Source: an uncultured Methylomirabilota bacterium (lineage in GTDB: Bacteria > Methylomirabilota > Methylomirabilia > Methylomirabilales > 2-02-FULL-66-22). Taken from it: a stretch of DNA of 64,000 nt. Shown here piece after piece: positions 46,062 through 56,350 of this stretch. Position numbers and translations under genes: made by a program. The notes under the pieces were generated by a model. That model worked only from the letters and a program-made list of their open reading frames with translations. It searched no databases and had not been told where the DNA came from. Positions within the stretch are counted from its first letter, which is position 1. Every line of letters begins with the position of its first letter. The DNA is taken from positions 608,001 to 672,000 of the forward strand of contig CAWJSJ010000002.1 of the NCBI GenBank assembly GCA_963845565.1, given 5' to 3'.

Positions 46062-47708
46062 ATGCCGACACTGAAGATCAACGGGGTGGAAATCACGACG
46101 GCCGGCCCCGCGACCATTCTGGAGGCCGCCAGGGGGGCGGGCATCGAGATCCCCCATTACTGCTACCACCCGGGGCTGAGCGTGGTGGGTCAGTGCCGCA
46201 TGTGTCAGGTCGAGGTGGAGAAGATGCCCAAGCTGGCCACCGCCTGCAACACGGCGGCAGCCGACGGGATGATCGTGACGACGAACTCACCCCGGGTCGA
46301 AAAGGCGCGCCGCGCCGTCTTGGAATTCTATCTCTTGAACCACCCACTGGACTGCCCGATCTGCGACCGGGGCGGCGAGTGCCCGCTGCAGAACTACACC
46401 ATGCAGTACGGCCCGGGCGAGAGCCGTTCGGTCGAGGAGAAGGTGCACCGGGCCAAGCACACGGTCCTGGGGCCGCACGTCATCTTCGACGCCGAGCGCT
46501 GCATCCTCTGTACGCGGTGCGTGCGCTTCTGCCACGAGATTCCCCGGACGGGGGAGCTGGGGGTCTTTTCCCGGGGGGACCGGTCCGAGATCAACGTGTT
46601 TCCTGGAAAGGCCTTGGATAACGCCTATTCCGGGAACGTGATCGATCTGTGCCCGGTGGGGGCGCTCACCAGCCGGGAATACCGCTTCCAGTCCCGGCCC
46701 TGGGACCTGGTGCGCCACACCGAGAGCGTCTGCCCCCTCTGCAGCGCCGGCTGCAACGTGATCCTGGACGTCCGGCATGGGCAGCGGGGCGAGGAGCTCC
46801 TGCGCATCCGGCCGCGCGAGAACCAGGCAGTCAACCGGTGGTGGATGTGCGACGAGGGGCGGTTCGGCTTCGAGTATCTCCGCGACCCGGCCCGACTGCG
46901 CGTCGCGCTGCGGCGGGAGGGGGATCGGCAGGTCGAGGCGACGTCGGACGACCTCGTGGCGTCCGTGGCCGCGGAGTTGCGCCGCATCCTCGCGACCTTC
47001 GGTGAGGGGGCCGTGGGGTGTGTCGTCTCTGCCCGCCACACCACCGAGGAGCTATTTCTGGTCCGGCGCTGCATCCGCGACATCCTGCGGACGCCCCACC
47101 TCGATCACCGGGTCCGCCCGGTGCAGCGGGAGGCGGCCGACGCGTCCGAGGACGGACTCCTCCGGCGCACGGACAAGAACGCCAACGGCCGAGGCGCCCG
47201 CGACCTTGAAATCCTCCCCGGACCGGAGGGGCTGGACACGCGGGGCATGCTCATGGCGGCGCTGGAGGGGCGGCTCAAGGCGCTGATCGTCTTGGAGGAA
47301 GATCTGGTGCAGGAGCTTCCCGACCTGCCGGTGCGCGAGGCCCTCGGGAAACTGGAGCTCCTCGTCGTGACGAGCCTGGCCGCCAACGAGACGACCGCGC
47401 TGGCGCACGCGGTGTTCCCGGCGCTCGGATTTGCCGAGAAGGCGGGGAGCTTCACCAATCATCAGGGGCGCATCCAGAAGCTCCATCGGGGGCTCACCCC
47501 GCCGGGCGCATGCCGCGATCTGGCCGAGATCCTGCGGGCGGTGGCCAAGCATCTCGACTGGGACCTGGGGGAGATCGAGCCGGAACGGGTCTGGGCCGCC
47601 ATCGGGGAGATGCCCGGTCCCTACCACGGCATCGGCTGGCGCGAGTGGAGGGCGATCGGCCCGGAGGGGCTGCTTGCGCAGAGCCAAGAACGGAGAGCCG
47701 AGAGTTGA
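46062..47708 (+). CDS. nuoG: NADH-quinone oxidoreductase subunit G (short, 548 aa)
   Basis: YCYHPGL...CRMC, HPLDCPICD.GGEC, CILCTRC, CPVGAL, CPLCSAGC...MCDEGR. Confidence 0.92.
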   Translation: MPTLKINGVEITTAGPATILEAARGAGIEIPHYCYHPGLSVVGQCRMCQVEVEKMPKLATACNTAAADGMIVTTNSPRVEKARRAVLEFYLLNHPLDCPICDRGGECPLQNYTMQYGPGESRSVEEKVHRAKHTVLGPHVIFDAERCILCTRCVRFCHEIPRTGELGVFSRGDRSEINVFPGKALDNAYSGNVIDLCPVGALTSREYRFQSRPWDLVRHTESVCPLCSAGCNVILDVRHGQRGEELLRIRPRENQAVNRWWMCDEGRFGFEYLRDPARLRVALRREGDRQVEATSDDLVASVAAELRRILATFGEGAVGCVVSARHTTEELFLVRRCIRDILRTPHLDHRVRPVQREAADASEDGLLRRTDKNANGRGARDLEILPGPEGLDTRGMLMAALEGRLKALIVLEEDLVQELPDLPVREALGKLELLVVTSLAANETTALAHAVFPALGFAEKAGSFTNHQGRIQKLHRGLTPPGACRDLAEILRAVAKHLDWDLGEIEPERVWAAIGEMPGPYHGIGWREWRAIGPEGLLAQSQERRAES

Positions 47709-47815
47709 GAGCCGAGAGCCGAGAACTGAGAGGGCTCACACCGAGGCGCCACGGGGCACACTTGCGAGGGGCGGCCAGGGTGCCGACCGCCGATGGCTGA
47801 CTGCTGAAGGCGAAC

Positions 47816-48838
47816 ATGCTTGAAACGCTCATCATCATGGTGGTCAAGATCGGGGTGGTGTTCAGCGTCCTCCTCCTGGTCGCGGCCTACATGACCTGGA
47901 TCGAGCGGAAGGTGATCGCCGACATGCAGGTGCGCTGGGGGCCGACCCGGGTGGGTCCGTTCGGACTGCTGCAGCCGATCGCGGACGGGATCAAGCTCTT
48001 CTTCAAGGAGGACCTCATCCCGGGCCACGTGGACCGGGCCCTGTTCCTCTTGGCGCCGGCGCTGTCCGTGGTGCCGGCCATGATCGCCTTCGCGGTCATC
48101 CCGTTCGGCGGCACCACGACCCTGTTCGGCCTGCTGCCCAGGCCGGTGACGCTGCAGATCACGGACATCGACGTGGGGGTCCTGTACGTGTTCGGGATCA
48201 CCTCGCTCGGCGTCTACGGCATCGTCCTGGCCGGCTGGGCCTCCAACAACAAGTACTCGCTCCTGGGCGGTCTGCGCGCGTCGGCGCAGATGATCAGCTA
48301 CGAACTGTCCATGGGGCTGTCGGTCGTGGGCGTCCTGATCCTGGCGGGCTCGCTGCGGCTGTCGGAGATCGTGCACGCCCAGGCCGGGGTCTCCTGGTGG
48401 CTGGGCATCATCCCATTCCCCAAGTGGTTCGTCTTGGCCCAACCATTCGGCTTCTTGATCTTCTTCATCTGCGCCCTGGCAGAGACAAACCGGGCGCCCT
48501 TCGACCTGCCGGAGGCGGAAACGGAGCTGGTGGCAGGATTTCACAGCGAGTACAGCTCCATGAAGTTCGCGATGTTCTTCATGGCAGAGTATGCCAACAT
48601 GGCGACGGCCGCGGCCATGGCGACGACCCTGTTTCTGGGGGGGCCGCTGGGTCCGTTCGGCCCCTCGCCCGTCTGGTTCGTCGGGAAGGTGTTCCTGCTG
48701 CTCTTCGTGTTTATCTGGTTCCGAGCTTCGCTGCCTCGGTTCCGATACGACCAGCTCATGACCTTTGGCTGGAAGCGACTGCTTCCCCTGGCTCTGGCCA
48801 ACGCGGCGGCCACGGCGATTCTGGCGGCGGTGCTGTAA
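47816..48838 (+). CDS. nuoH: NADH-quinone oxidoreductase subunit H
   Basis: ERKV, GPTRVGPFGLLQPIADG.KL, AETNRAPFDLPEAE.ELVAG, PRFRYDQLM. Confidence 0.96.
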   Translation: MLETLIIMVVKIGVVFSVLLLVAAYMTWIERKVIADMQVRWGPTRVGPFGLLQPIADGIKLFFKEDLIPGHVDRALFLLAPALSVVPAMIAFAVIPFGGTTTLFGLLPRPVTLQITDIDVGVLYVFGITSLGVYGIVLAGWASNNKYSLLGGLRASAQMISYELSMGLSVVGVLILAGSLRLSEIVHAQAGVSWWLGIIPFPKWFVLAQPFGFLIFFICALAETNRAPFDLPEAETELVAGFHSEYSSMKFAMFFMAEYANMATAAAMATTLFLGGPLGPFGPSPVWFVGKVFLLLFVFIWFRASLPRFRYDQLMTFGWKRLLPLALANAAATAILAAVL

Positions 48839-48839
48839 G

Positions 48840-49358
48840 ATGGAACTCCTGGGACTCGAACGGTTCCTGTTCGCGGCGCTGGCGCTGGTGGCGTCGGTGT
48901 CGGGCCTCTTGGTCATCGTGCAGCGGCACGCGGTGTACAGCGCCATGTACCTCATCATCACCATGGGGTCGTTGGCCGGCCTCTACGTGCTCTTGGGGGC
49001 CCACTTCGTCTGGGCGGTCCAGGTCCTGGTGTATGCCGGGGCCATCATGGTGCTTTTTCTGTTCGTGATCATGTTGTTGAATCTGCCGCGCGAGGACGTG
49101 CCGTGGGCCAAGCACGATTTCCGCCGGATCCTGCTGGCGGCGGCGCTCGGCGTCATCCTGCTGATCGAGCTGGTTCTGGTGGTGGGACTCCGCGCCGCGC
49201 CGGTCCGGGGGGCGGCGCTCCCGCCGGATTTCGGCACGACGGCGACGATCGGACGACTACTTTTTACGACATTCCTGTTCCCGTTCGAGATCACCTCCGT
49301 GATCCTGTTGGTCGCCATCGTTGGCGCCATGGTACTGGCGAAGAAGCACTTCAGCTAG
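48840..49358 (+). CDS. nuoJ: NADH-quinone oxidoreductase subunit J
   Basis: QVLVYAGAIMVLFLFVIMLL, FPFEITSVILLVAIVGA. Confidence 0.95.
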   Translation: MELLGLERFLFAALALVASVSGLLVIVQRHAVYSAMYLIITMGSLAGLYVLLGAHFVWAVQVLVYAGAIMVLFLFVIMLLNLPREDVPWAKHDFRRILLAAALGVILLIELVLVVGLRAAPVRGAALPPDFGTTATIGRLLFTTFLFPFEITSVILLVAIVGAMVLAKKHFS

Positions 49359-49499
49359 AGCAGCCGATGCAATGAAAAACCGAGAACCGAAATTGAGAAA
49401 CCGAACAGCGAGCCAGGGAAACCGTCCCGGCTCCCACCATTGTCCGGTTGTCAGTTATCGGCTGTCCGTTTTGTATTGATGCGAGGTGTCCGATGCAGC

Positions 49500-49799
49500 G
49501 TGCCGTTGTCCGCCTATCTGATCCTGAGTGCATATCTGTTCACCCTGGGGGTGATCGGCGTTGCCACGCGGCGGAACGCGCTGATCATCTTCATGTCCAT
49601 CGAGCTGATGCTGAACGCGGTGAACCTGACCTTCGTGGCGTTCTCGCGATCCCTGCAGTCCATGGACGGGCAGATATTCGTCTTCTTCGTGATGGCGGTC
49701 GCGACGGCCGAGGTCGCGGTGGGGCTGGCGATCATCCTGGCCATTCACCGGAACCGGGAAACCGTGGACGTGGCGGAGCTGAACCTCTTGAAGTGGTGA
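49500..49799 (+). CDS. nuoK: NADH-quinone oxidoreductase subunit K
   Basis: [27 protein letters not shown]. Confidence 0.95.
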   Translation: MPLSAYLILSAYLFTLGVIGVATRRNALIIFMSIELMLNAVNLTFVAFSRSLQSMDGQIFVFFVMAVATAEVAVGLAIILAIHRNRETVDVAELNLLKW

Positions 49800-49896
49800 C
49801 GGGGGATCCATAGAGATCGGGACAGAGATAGGATCGGGACAGCGACAGGGACCGGAGCCGGAGATCGCTGTCGGATTCCGCTGTCGAGGGGCATCG

Positions 49897-51804
49897 ATGT
49901 TGGATTTGTGGCTGATTCCTCTCTGGCCGTTACTGGGCTTTCTCGTCAATGGCTTCCTCGGCCGCCGACTGGGGAAGCCCGTTGTGGCGAAGATCGCCTG
50001 CGGCAGCGTGGGGCTGTCGCTGCTCGCCTCGATCCGGGCCGTGTGGGATCTGCTGGACCTTCCGCCGGGGGCGCGACGGATCGAGCAGGTGGTGGCGCCC
50101 TGGATCGGCGTGGGAAGCTTCCAGGCCGACTGGGGACTCCTCCTCGATCCGCTATCGGCCGTCATGATCCTGGTGGTGTCCGGCGTGGGCCTCCTGATCC
50201 ACGTGTACGCCGTGGGGTACATGCACGACGACCGGGACTTCTCCCGCTTCTTCACCTACCTGAACCTGTTCACCTTCTCGATGTTGATGCTGGTCCTGGC
50301 CAACAACTATCTGCTCCTGTACGTGTTCTGGGAAGCGGTGGGGCTGTGCTCGTATCTGCTCATCGGCTTCTGGTTCGAGCGACCGTCGGCGGCCGAGGCG
50401 GGGAAGAAGGCGTTCATCGTCAATCGGGTGGGGGACTTCGGCTTCGGTTTGGGCGTGATGCTCCTCTGGACCACACTGGGGACGGTCCAGTACGCCTCTG
50501 TGTTCGCGGCGGCGCCCGGACAGCTGGCGGCTGGCGGGGGGTTGGTCACGGCGATCACGTTGTTGCTGTTCCTGGGGGCCACGGGCAAGTCCGCCCAGCT
50601 TCCCCTCTACGTCTGGCTGCCGGACGCCATGGAGGGGCCCACGCCGGTCTCCGCCTTGATCCACGCCGCCACCATGGTGACGGCGGGCGTGTACATGGTG
50701 GCGCGCTCGGCCCCGCTCTTCAATCTGGCCCCGCTGTCGATGTCGGTGGTGGCCTGGGTCGGCGGCCTCACGGCCGTCTTCGCCGCCAGCATCGCCCTGG
50801 TCCAGACCGACATCAAGCGGGTGGTCGCCTACTCCACCATCTCGCAGCTCGGCTACATGTTCCTGGGGTGCGGGGTGGGGGCCTATGCCAGCGCGGTCTT
50901 CCACCTGGCCACCCACGCCTTCTTCAAGGCCTTGCTCTTCCTGGGCGCGGGGTCGGTGATCCACGCCCTGGGCGGCGAGCAGGACATCCGGAAGATGGGC
51001 CGGCTCAAGGGGAAGCTCCCCATCACCAGCCGGACGTTCTACTGGGCCTCCCTCGCCAACGCGGGGATCATCCCGCTGGCTGGCTTCTGGTCAAAGGATG
51101 AAATCTTGGCGGCGACCTTCGCAAGTCACCACTATCTGTTGTGGCTGCTCGGCTCCGCCGGCGCCTTCATGACGGCGTTTTACATGTTCCGTCTCTACTA
51201 CACCGTGTTCGAGGGAAAAGACAACGTGGACCACCAGGTGGCCCACCACGTCCACGAGTCCCCGCCGGCGATGGCCTACCCCCTCCTGATCCTCGGGGTC
51301 GGGAGCTGGGTCGTCGGGGCCCTCTTCGGATTTCCCCCGGACCACGGGCTATACCACCGATTCGTCGAGCCCGTCTTTGCCGCCGCCGGAGGCGGGGCGC
51401 ACGCCATCAGCGTGGCGACCATCGTTGGCCTTGCGGCCGTCGCAACCGCCATTGCCGCACTGGGAATCTGGGGGTTGGCGCGTTCCTGGTACAAGTGGGG
51501 GGACAGCCCGGCGCCCGATCGACTGGCCGCGCGCTATCCGACGGCGTACCGGGTGCTTCTCCACAAGTACTACGTGGACGAACTGTACGACGCGCTCTTC
51601 GTGGAGCCGATCCGACGCTCGGCCGTCTGGTTGTGGCGGCGCTTCGACGAGCCGGTGGTGGATGGGTCGGTCAACGGCGTCGGGAGCTTTGTCCGGGCGG
51701 GGAGTGGCGTCCTTCGGCGCCTGCAGACCGGGTATGTGATGAGCTACGTGCTGAGTTTCGTCGTCGGCGTGGTGGCCATCCTGGGGTACCTGGTGTGGCG
51801 GTAA
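49897..51804 (+). CDS. nuoL: NADH-quinone oxidoreductase subunit L
   Basis: WEAVGLCSYLLIGFW, GKSAQLPL.VWLPDAMEGPTPVSALIHAATMV, HAFFKALLFL. Confidence 0.96.
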   Translation: MLDLWLIPLWPLLGFLVNGFLGRRLGKPVVAKIACGSVGLSLLASIRAVWDLLDLPPGARRIEQVVAPWIGVGSFQADWGLLLDPLSAVMILVVSGVGLLIHVYAVGYMHDDRDFSRFFTYLNLFTFSMLMLVLANNYLLLYVFWEAVGLCSYLLIGFWFERPSAAEAGKKAFIVNRVGDFGFGLGVMLLWTTLGTVQYASVFAAAPGQLAAGGGLVTAITLLLFLGATGKSAQLPLYVWLPDAMEGPTPVSALIHAATMVTAGVYMVARSAPLFNLAPLSMSVVAWVGGLTAVFAASIALVQTDIKRVVAYSTISQLGYMFLGCGVGAYASAVFHLATHAFFKALLFLGAGSVIHALGGEQDIRKMGRLKGKLPITSRTFYWASLANAGIIPLAGFWSKDEILAATFASHHYLLWLLGSAGAFMTAFYMFRLYYTVFEGKDNVDHQVAHHVHESPPAMAYPLLILGVGSWVVGALFGFPPDHGLYHRFVEPVFAAAGGGAHAISVATIVGLAAVATAIAALGIWGLARSWYKWGDSPAPDRLAARYPTAYRVLLHKYYVDELYDALFVEPIRRSAVWLWRRFDEPVVDGSVNGVGSFVRAGSGVLRRLQTGYVMSYVLSFVVGVVAILGYLVWR

Positions 51805-51879
51805 GGCGGATGCGAAAGGGGAGCGCGGAGTGCAGAATGCGCCGCGGGGACCACGAATGATTGAGGCGGGTGTGGCAAG

Positions 51880-53482
51880 GTGACTGAGATCCCGATCGTG
51901 TCCATCGTGACGTTCTTGCCCCTCCTGGGTGCGGCCCTCCTCCTGTGCGTGGACCGACGGCGGGAAGCCGCCATCAAGCACCTGGCCTTCGGCGTCTCCG
52001 CGGTCACGTTCCTGGTCTCGCTGGGGCTGTACGGGAACTTCCGGCTCGACGTGCCGGGGATGCAGTTCAGCGAGCGGGTACCCTGGATCGCCTGGCTGGG
52101 GGCGGAGTACCACGTCGGCGTGGACGGGATCAGCTTGCTGCTGGTCCTCCTCACCACGTTCCTGACGGCCGTCGCGATTCTTTCTTCCTACGCTGCCGTC
52201 ACCACGGCCGTCAAGGAGTACATGGTCTGTGTGCTGCTCCTGGAGACGGGCATGCTGGGCGTGTTCGTGGCGCTCGACCTGGTCCTCTTCTACGTATTCT
52301 GGGAGGGAATGCTGATCCCGATGTACTTCCTGATCGGGATCTGGGGCGGGCCCCGCCGAATTTACGCGACCATCAAGTTCTTCCTGTACACGATGGCGGG
52401 CGGCGTCCTGATGCTGGTCGGCATCATCGCCCTCTACTTCCTGAGCGGCGGGCGGCCCCGGCGGCGAATACACGTTCGATCTGCTCAAGCTTTCAGCCCT
52501 GGATCTCCCCTTTCAGGTCCAGGCGTGGCTCTTCCTGGCCTTTGCCGTCGCTTTTGCCATCAAGGTGCCCATGTTCCCCTTCCACACCTGGCTGCCCGAC
52601 GCCCACGTGGAGGCGCCGACGGCCGGCTCGGTGATCCTGGCCGGGGTGCTCCTGAAGATGGGGACCTACGGTTTTCTCCGCTTCGCGTTGCCGCTCTTCC
52701 CGGACGCGACCCGGTACTTCACGCCGCTCTTCTCCTGGCTGGCGATCATCGGGATCCTCTACGGGGCGCTGGTGTCCATGGTCCAACCGGACCTCAAGAA
52801 GCTGGTGGCCTACAGCTCCGTGAGCCATCTCGGCTTCGTCATGCTGGGGATCTTTGCGCTGACCGCGCAGGGGGTCGCGGGGGCGATCCTGCAGATGATC
52901 AACCACGGCCTGTCCACCGGCGCGCTGTTCCTGCTGGTGGGGATGCTCTACGAGCGTCGGCACACGCGGATGATCCAGGACTTCGGCGGCCTGGCCCGGA
53001 TCGTCCCCGTCTTCACGGCGGCCTTCCTGATCGTGACCCTCTCGTCCATCGGGCTGCCGGGCCTGAACGGGTTCGTGGGCGAGTTCCTGATCTTGGTGGG
53101 CACCTTCCGGGTGAACGTCCTGTATGCCGTGCTGGCGACGGCGGGCATCATCCTGGCCGCGGTCTACATGTTGTGGATGTTCCAGCGGGTGATGTTCGGC
53201 CCGGTGACGCAAGAGGCGAACCGCGGACTCGTCGACCTGACGCCACGCGAGATCGCGGTCCTGGCGCCGGTCCTGGCCCTGATCGTCTGGATCGGGATTT
53301 ATCCCCAGCCGTTCCTGCGCACGACCGAGGCCTCGGTGGCGCAACTCCTCGCGCGGGTGCAGGAGAGGAAGGAAATGAGAGCCACGAGCCACGAGCCACG
53401 AGCCACGAGCCGCGAGATCAGAGCCGCGAGCTGGGCGCGGCATGCGAGCGAGACCGGAGGAGAAGGGCGCGATGGACGGTAG
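51880..53482 (+). CDS. nuoM: NADH-quinone oxidoreductase subunit M, +1 frameshift near 52447-52460
   Basis: N-terminal half in the 51880 frame (FYVFWE.MLIPMY, KFFLYT); continues as GGEYTFDL...[21 protein letters not shown] in the +1 frame. Confidence 0.9.
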
Positions 53483-54929
53483 TCTGCCTCAGGTCTCCTG
53501 GGGGGCCTTGCTGCCCTTCCTGCTGATCACCGGGACGGGCCTCTTGGTCCTGGTCCTGGACCCGCTGATGAGCCCGGAGCGGCGCGACCGGCTTCCCGTG
53601 CTGAGCCTGGGGGGCGTGGTGTGCGCCGCCCTCGCGCTCGTGTGGCGGTGGGATCAATCCGACATCGTCTTCGGGGGGATGCTGGCGGCCGACGGCTTCG
53701 CCCTGTTCTTCAATCTGTTGTTTCTGTTGGTGGCGGGGCTCACGCTGCTGATCTCGATCGCCTACATCCGTCGCACCGGTTTGGAGCACGGCGAGTACTC
53801 CGCGCTCCTCCTCTTCAGCACCCTGGGGATGATGATCATGGCCAGCAGCCTGGACCTGATGACCATCTTCCTGGGGCTGGAGACCCTCTCGATCTCTCTC
53901 TACATCCTGGCGGGGTTTCTCCGGGATCAGATCCGGTCCAACGAGGCGGCCCTGAAGTATCTGCTCCTGGGGGCCTTCGCGTCGGGTTTCGTCCTGTACG
54001 GCATCGCCCTGGTGTACGGCGCGACGGGGAGCATCAATCTGACGCGCGTGGCCCGGGCGCTGGCGCTGGGGCAGGTACACGACCCGACCCTGCTCACCAT
54101 CGGCATGGGCCTCTTGATCGTCGGGTTCGGGTTCAAGGTGGCCGCGGTTCCCTTCCACATGTGGGCGCCGGACGTGTACGAAGGCGCCCCGACGTCGGTG
54201 ACGGCCTTCATGATTGCGGGCACCAAGGCGGCGGCGTTCGCCGCACTCCTGCGGATCCTGATGACCGCGCTCCCGGCGCTTCAGCCGGACTGGAGCCGCG
54301 TGCTCTGGGTCCTGGCGGTCGCGACCATGACGGTGGGCAACGTGGTGGCGCTCGCCCAGACCAACATCAAGCGGATGCTGGCCTATAGCTCCATCGCCCA
54401 CGCGGGGTACGTCCTGGTGGCCCTGGTGACCGGGACCAAGCTGGGGAGCGGCGCCATCCTCTTCTATCTGCTGGCGTACGCCCTCATGAACCTGGGCGCC
54501 TTCGCCGTCGTGGTGGCCGCGGCGCGCCGCGAGGACGAGCGGTTGACCATCGACGACTATGCCGGGATGGGGCTCACCCGCCCCGCCCTGGGGGCGGCGA
54601 TGGCCGTATTCATGTTCTCGTTGGCGGGCGTGCCCCCCACGGCGGGGTTTATGGGGAAGCTCTACGTCTTCAGTGCGGCCATCCAGGGGAACTACCTCGG
54701 GCTGGCGATCATCGGCGTGGCGAACAGCGTGATCTCGGCCTTCTACTACCTCCGGATCACGGTGGTGATGTACATGGTTCCCGGGCAGGACGCGCCCCCG
54801 GCAGACCGCCTGTCGCCGGCCCTGGTGGCGGCCATCCTGATCGCCGTCGGGGGGACGCTGCTCCTCGGCCTCTTCCCATCCGGCATCCTCGACGTCGCCC
54901 TGCGTTCGGTGGCGGCGCTTCTCGGCTGA
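53472..54929 (+). CDS. nuoN: NADH-quinone oxidoreductase subunit N
   Basis: [52 protein letters not shown]. Confidence 0.96.
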   Translation: MDGSLPQVSWGALLPFLLITGTGLLVLVLDPLMSPERRDRLPVLSLGGVVCAALALVWRWDQSDIVFGGMLAADGFALFFNLLFLLVAGLTLLISIAYIRRTGLEHGEYSALLLFSTLGMMIMASSLDLMTIFLGLETLSISLYILAGFLRDQIRSNEAALKYLLLGAFASGFVLYGIALVYGATGSINLTRVARALALGQVHDPTLLTIGMGLLIVGFGFKVAAVPFHMWAPDVYEGAPTSVTAFMIAGTKAAAFAALLRILMTALPALQPDWSRVLWVLAVATMTVGNVVALAQTNIKRMLAYSSIAHAGYVLVALVTGTKLGSGAILFYLLAYALMNLGAFAVVVAAARREDERLTIDDYAGMGLTRPALGAAMAVFMFSLAGVPPTAGFMGKLYVFSAAIQGNYLGLAIIGVANSVISAFYYLRITVVMYMVPGQDAPPADRLSPALVAAILIAVGGTLLLGLFPSGILDVALRSVAALLG

Positions 54930-54960
54930 GCCGGGCGAGCCCCCGGCGGAGGCGGACACC

Positions 54961-55635
54961 ATGAAGCCGATGAAGATTCCCGAAAAGACCGTGACACGGC
55001 TGTCCATCTATCTCCGTTGTCTGGAGGAGCTGGAAGTGGGCGGGGTGACCTCCGTGTCGTCTCGCCAATTGGCGGAGCGGTTCGGGCTGAACTCCGCCCA
55101 GGTGCGCAAGGACCTGGCCTACTTCGGGCAGTTTGGCGTGCGGGGGCTGGGCTATTACATCGCCGAGCTGAAACACAACCTGGAACGCATCCTGGGGCTC
55201 AAGCAGGACTGGGAGGTGGCGCTGGTCGGCGTCGGGAATCTCGGCTCGGCCCTGATCGCCTACAAGGGGTTTCAGGCCCGCGGGTTCAAGATCGGCATGG
55301 CCTTCGACGCCGACCCGGCCAAGGTGGGACAGGTCGTGGGCGACGTGCCGATCGTGGAGATCGCGAAGCTGGTCCAGACGGTGCGCCGCAAGAAAGTCAA
55401 GATCGCCGTGGTGGCCGTCCCCGCCACGGCCGCCCAGTCGGTGGCGGACCTTCTGGTCGAGGGCGGGGTGACCGCCATCCTGAATTTCGCGCCGGCCCAA
55501 CTCACGGTGCCCGACGGAATCAAGGTGCAGAACGTGGACCTCTCGGTCCTCCTGAAGACCCTCTCGTACCACACGGTGCGGACCAGCCGCCCCGGGCCGC
55601 AGCGCACGGAACCCCGCACCCCCGGTTCGGCGTAA
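54961..55635 (+). CDS. rex: Redox-sensing transcriptional repressor Rex
   Basis: IPEKTVTRLSIY, QVRKDLAYFG.FG.RG.GY, GVGNLG, ILNFAP. Confidence 0.95.
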   Translation: MKPMKIPEKTVTRLSIYLRCLEELEVGGVTSVSSRQLAERFGLNSAQVRKDLAYFGQFGVRGLGYYIAELKHNLERILGLKQDWEVALVGVGNLGSALIAYKGFQARGFKIGMAFDADPAKVGQVVGDVPIVEIAKLVQTVRRKKVKIAVVAVPATAAQSVADLLVEGGVTAILNFAPAQLTVPDGIKVQNVDLSVLLKTLSYHTVRTSRPGPQRTEPRTPGSA

Positions 55636-55664
55636 GCCGTGCACGTACTCGTAACGGCTCCTAA
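55633..55664 (+). mobile_element. Minimal 32-bp TAA-bounded repeat, copy D, on the rex stop codon
   Basis: TAAGCCGT...TCGTAACGGCTCCTAA retains both ends of the family. Confidence 0.6.
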
Positions 55665-55884
55665 CGCGCGCCCGCGCCCGGCGCATCGCCCGTCGCCGGA
55701 CTCGTTCTGTGGGCGCCCATCGCTTGCCTCTTGCAACCCTGGATCGCTTCTGATAAGGAGTGGCCAGCGCGGGGGCGGTCGGGGCTTGCCCTCCCCGCGG
55801 GTTCTCTGGTAGGAATGCGGACGCCGACCGTCCGGATCTCCCGAGTCGGCGAGGTGCCGCGTCGTACCCGAAGGAGGGTGTGCG

Positions 55885-56316
55885 ATGACGCTGGAACAGA
55901 TCTCGGTGTTCCTGGAGAACCGCTCGGGTCGTCTGGCAGAGATCACGGGCGTCCTCGCCCGGAACGGCATCAACATCCGGGCGCTCTCGCTGGCGGACAC
56001 GGCCGACTTCGGAATCTTGCGCCTCATCGTGGACCGGCCGCAGCCGGCGACGCGCGTCCTGAAGGAGCACGGGTTCACGGTCGGCCTCACCGAGATGGTC
56101 GCGCTCGAGCTTCCCGACAAACCCGGGGGGTTGTGGGGAATCCTCACCACGCTGGAAGCCGCCGGCATGAACGTCGAGTATATGTACGCGTTCGTGCAGA
56201 AGGCGTCCGAGAACGCGGTCATCATCTTTCGCTTCGACAACCCGGCGCGGGCCGTCCAGGTCTTGCAAGAGGCCGGCATGCGGGTGCTGGCCGGCGAGGA
56301 CATCTATGCGATGTGA
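55885..56316 (+). CDS. Tandem ACT-domain protein
   Basis: [48 protein letters not shown]. Confidence 0.9.
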   Translation: MTLEQISVFLENRSGRLAEITGVLARNGINIRALSLADTADFGILRLIVDRPQPATRVLKEHGFTVGLTEMVALELPDKPGGLWGILTTLEAAGMNVEYMYAFVQKASENAVIIFRFDNPARAVQVLQEAGMRVLAGEDIYAM

Positions 56317-56350
56317 GCGGTGGGTGTCCGCAAGGACAAGGAGGGCCGGC

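Noticed and set aside
51880..53526. 548-aa ORF as a novel NuoM fusion
   Set aside because: Its C-terminal half is out-of-frame read-through after the frameshift.
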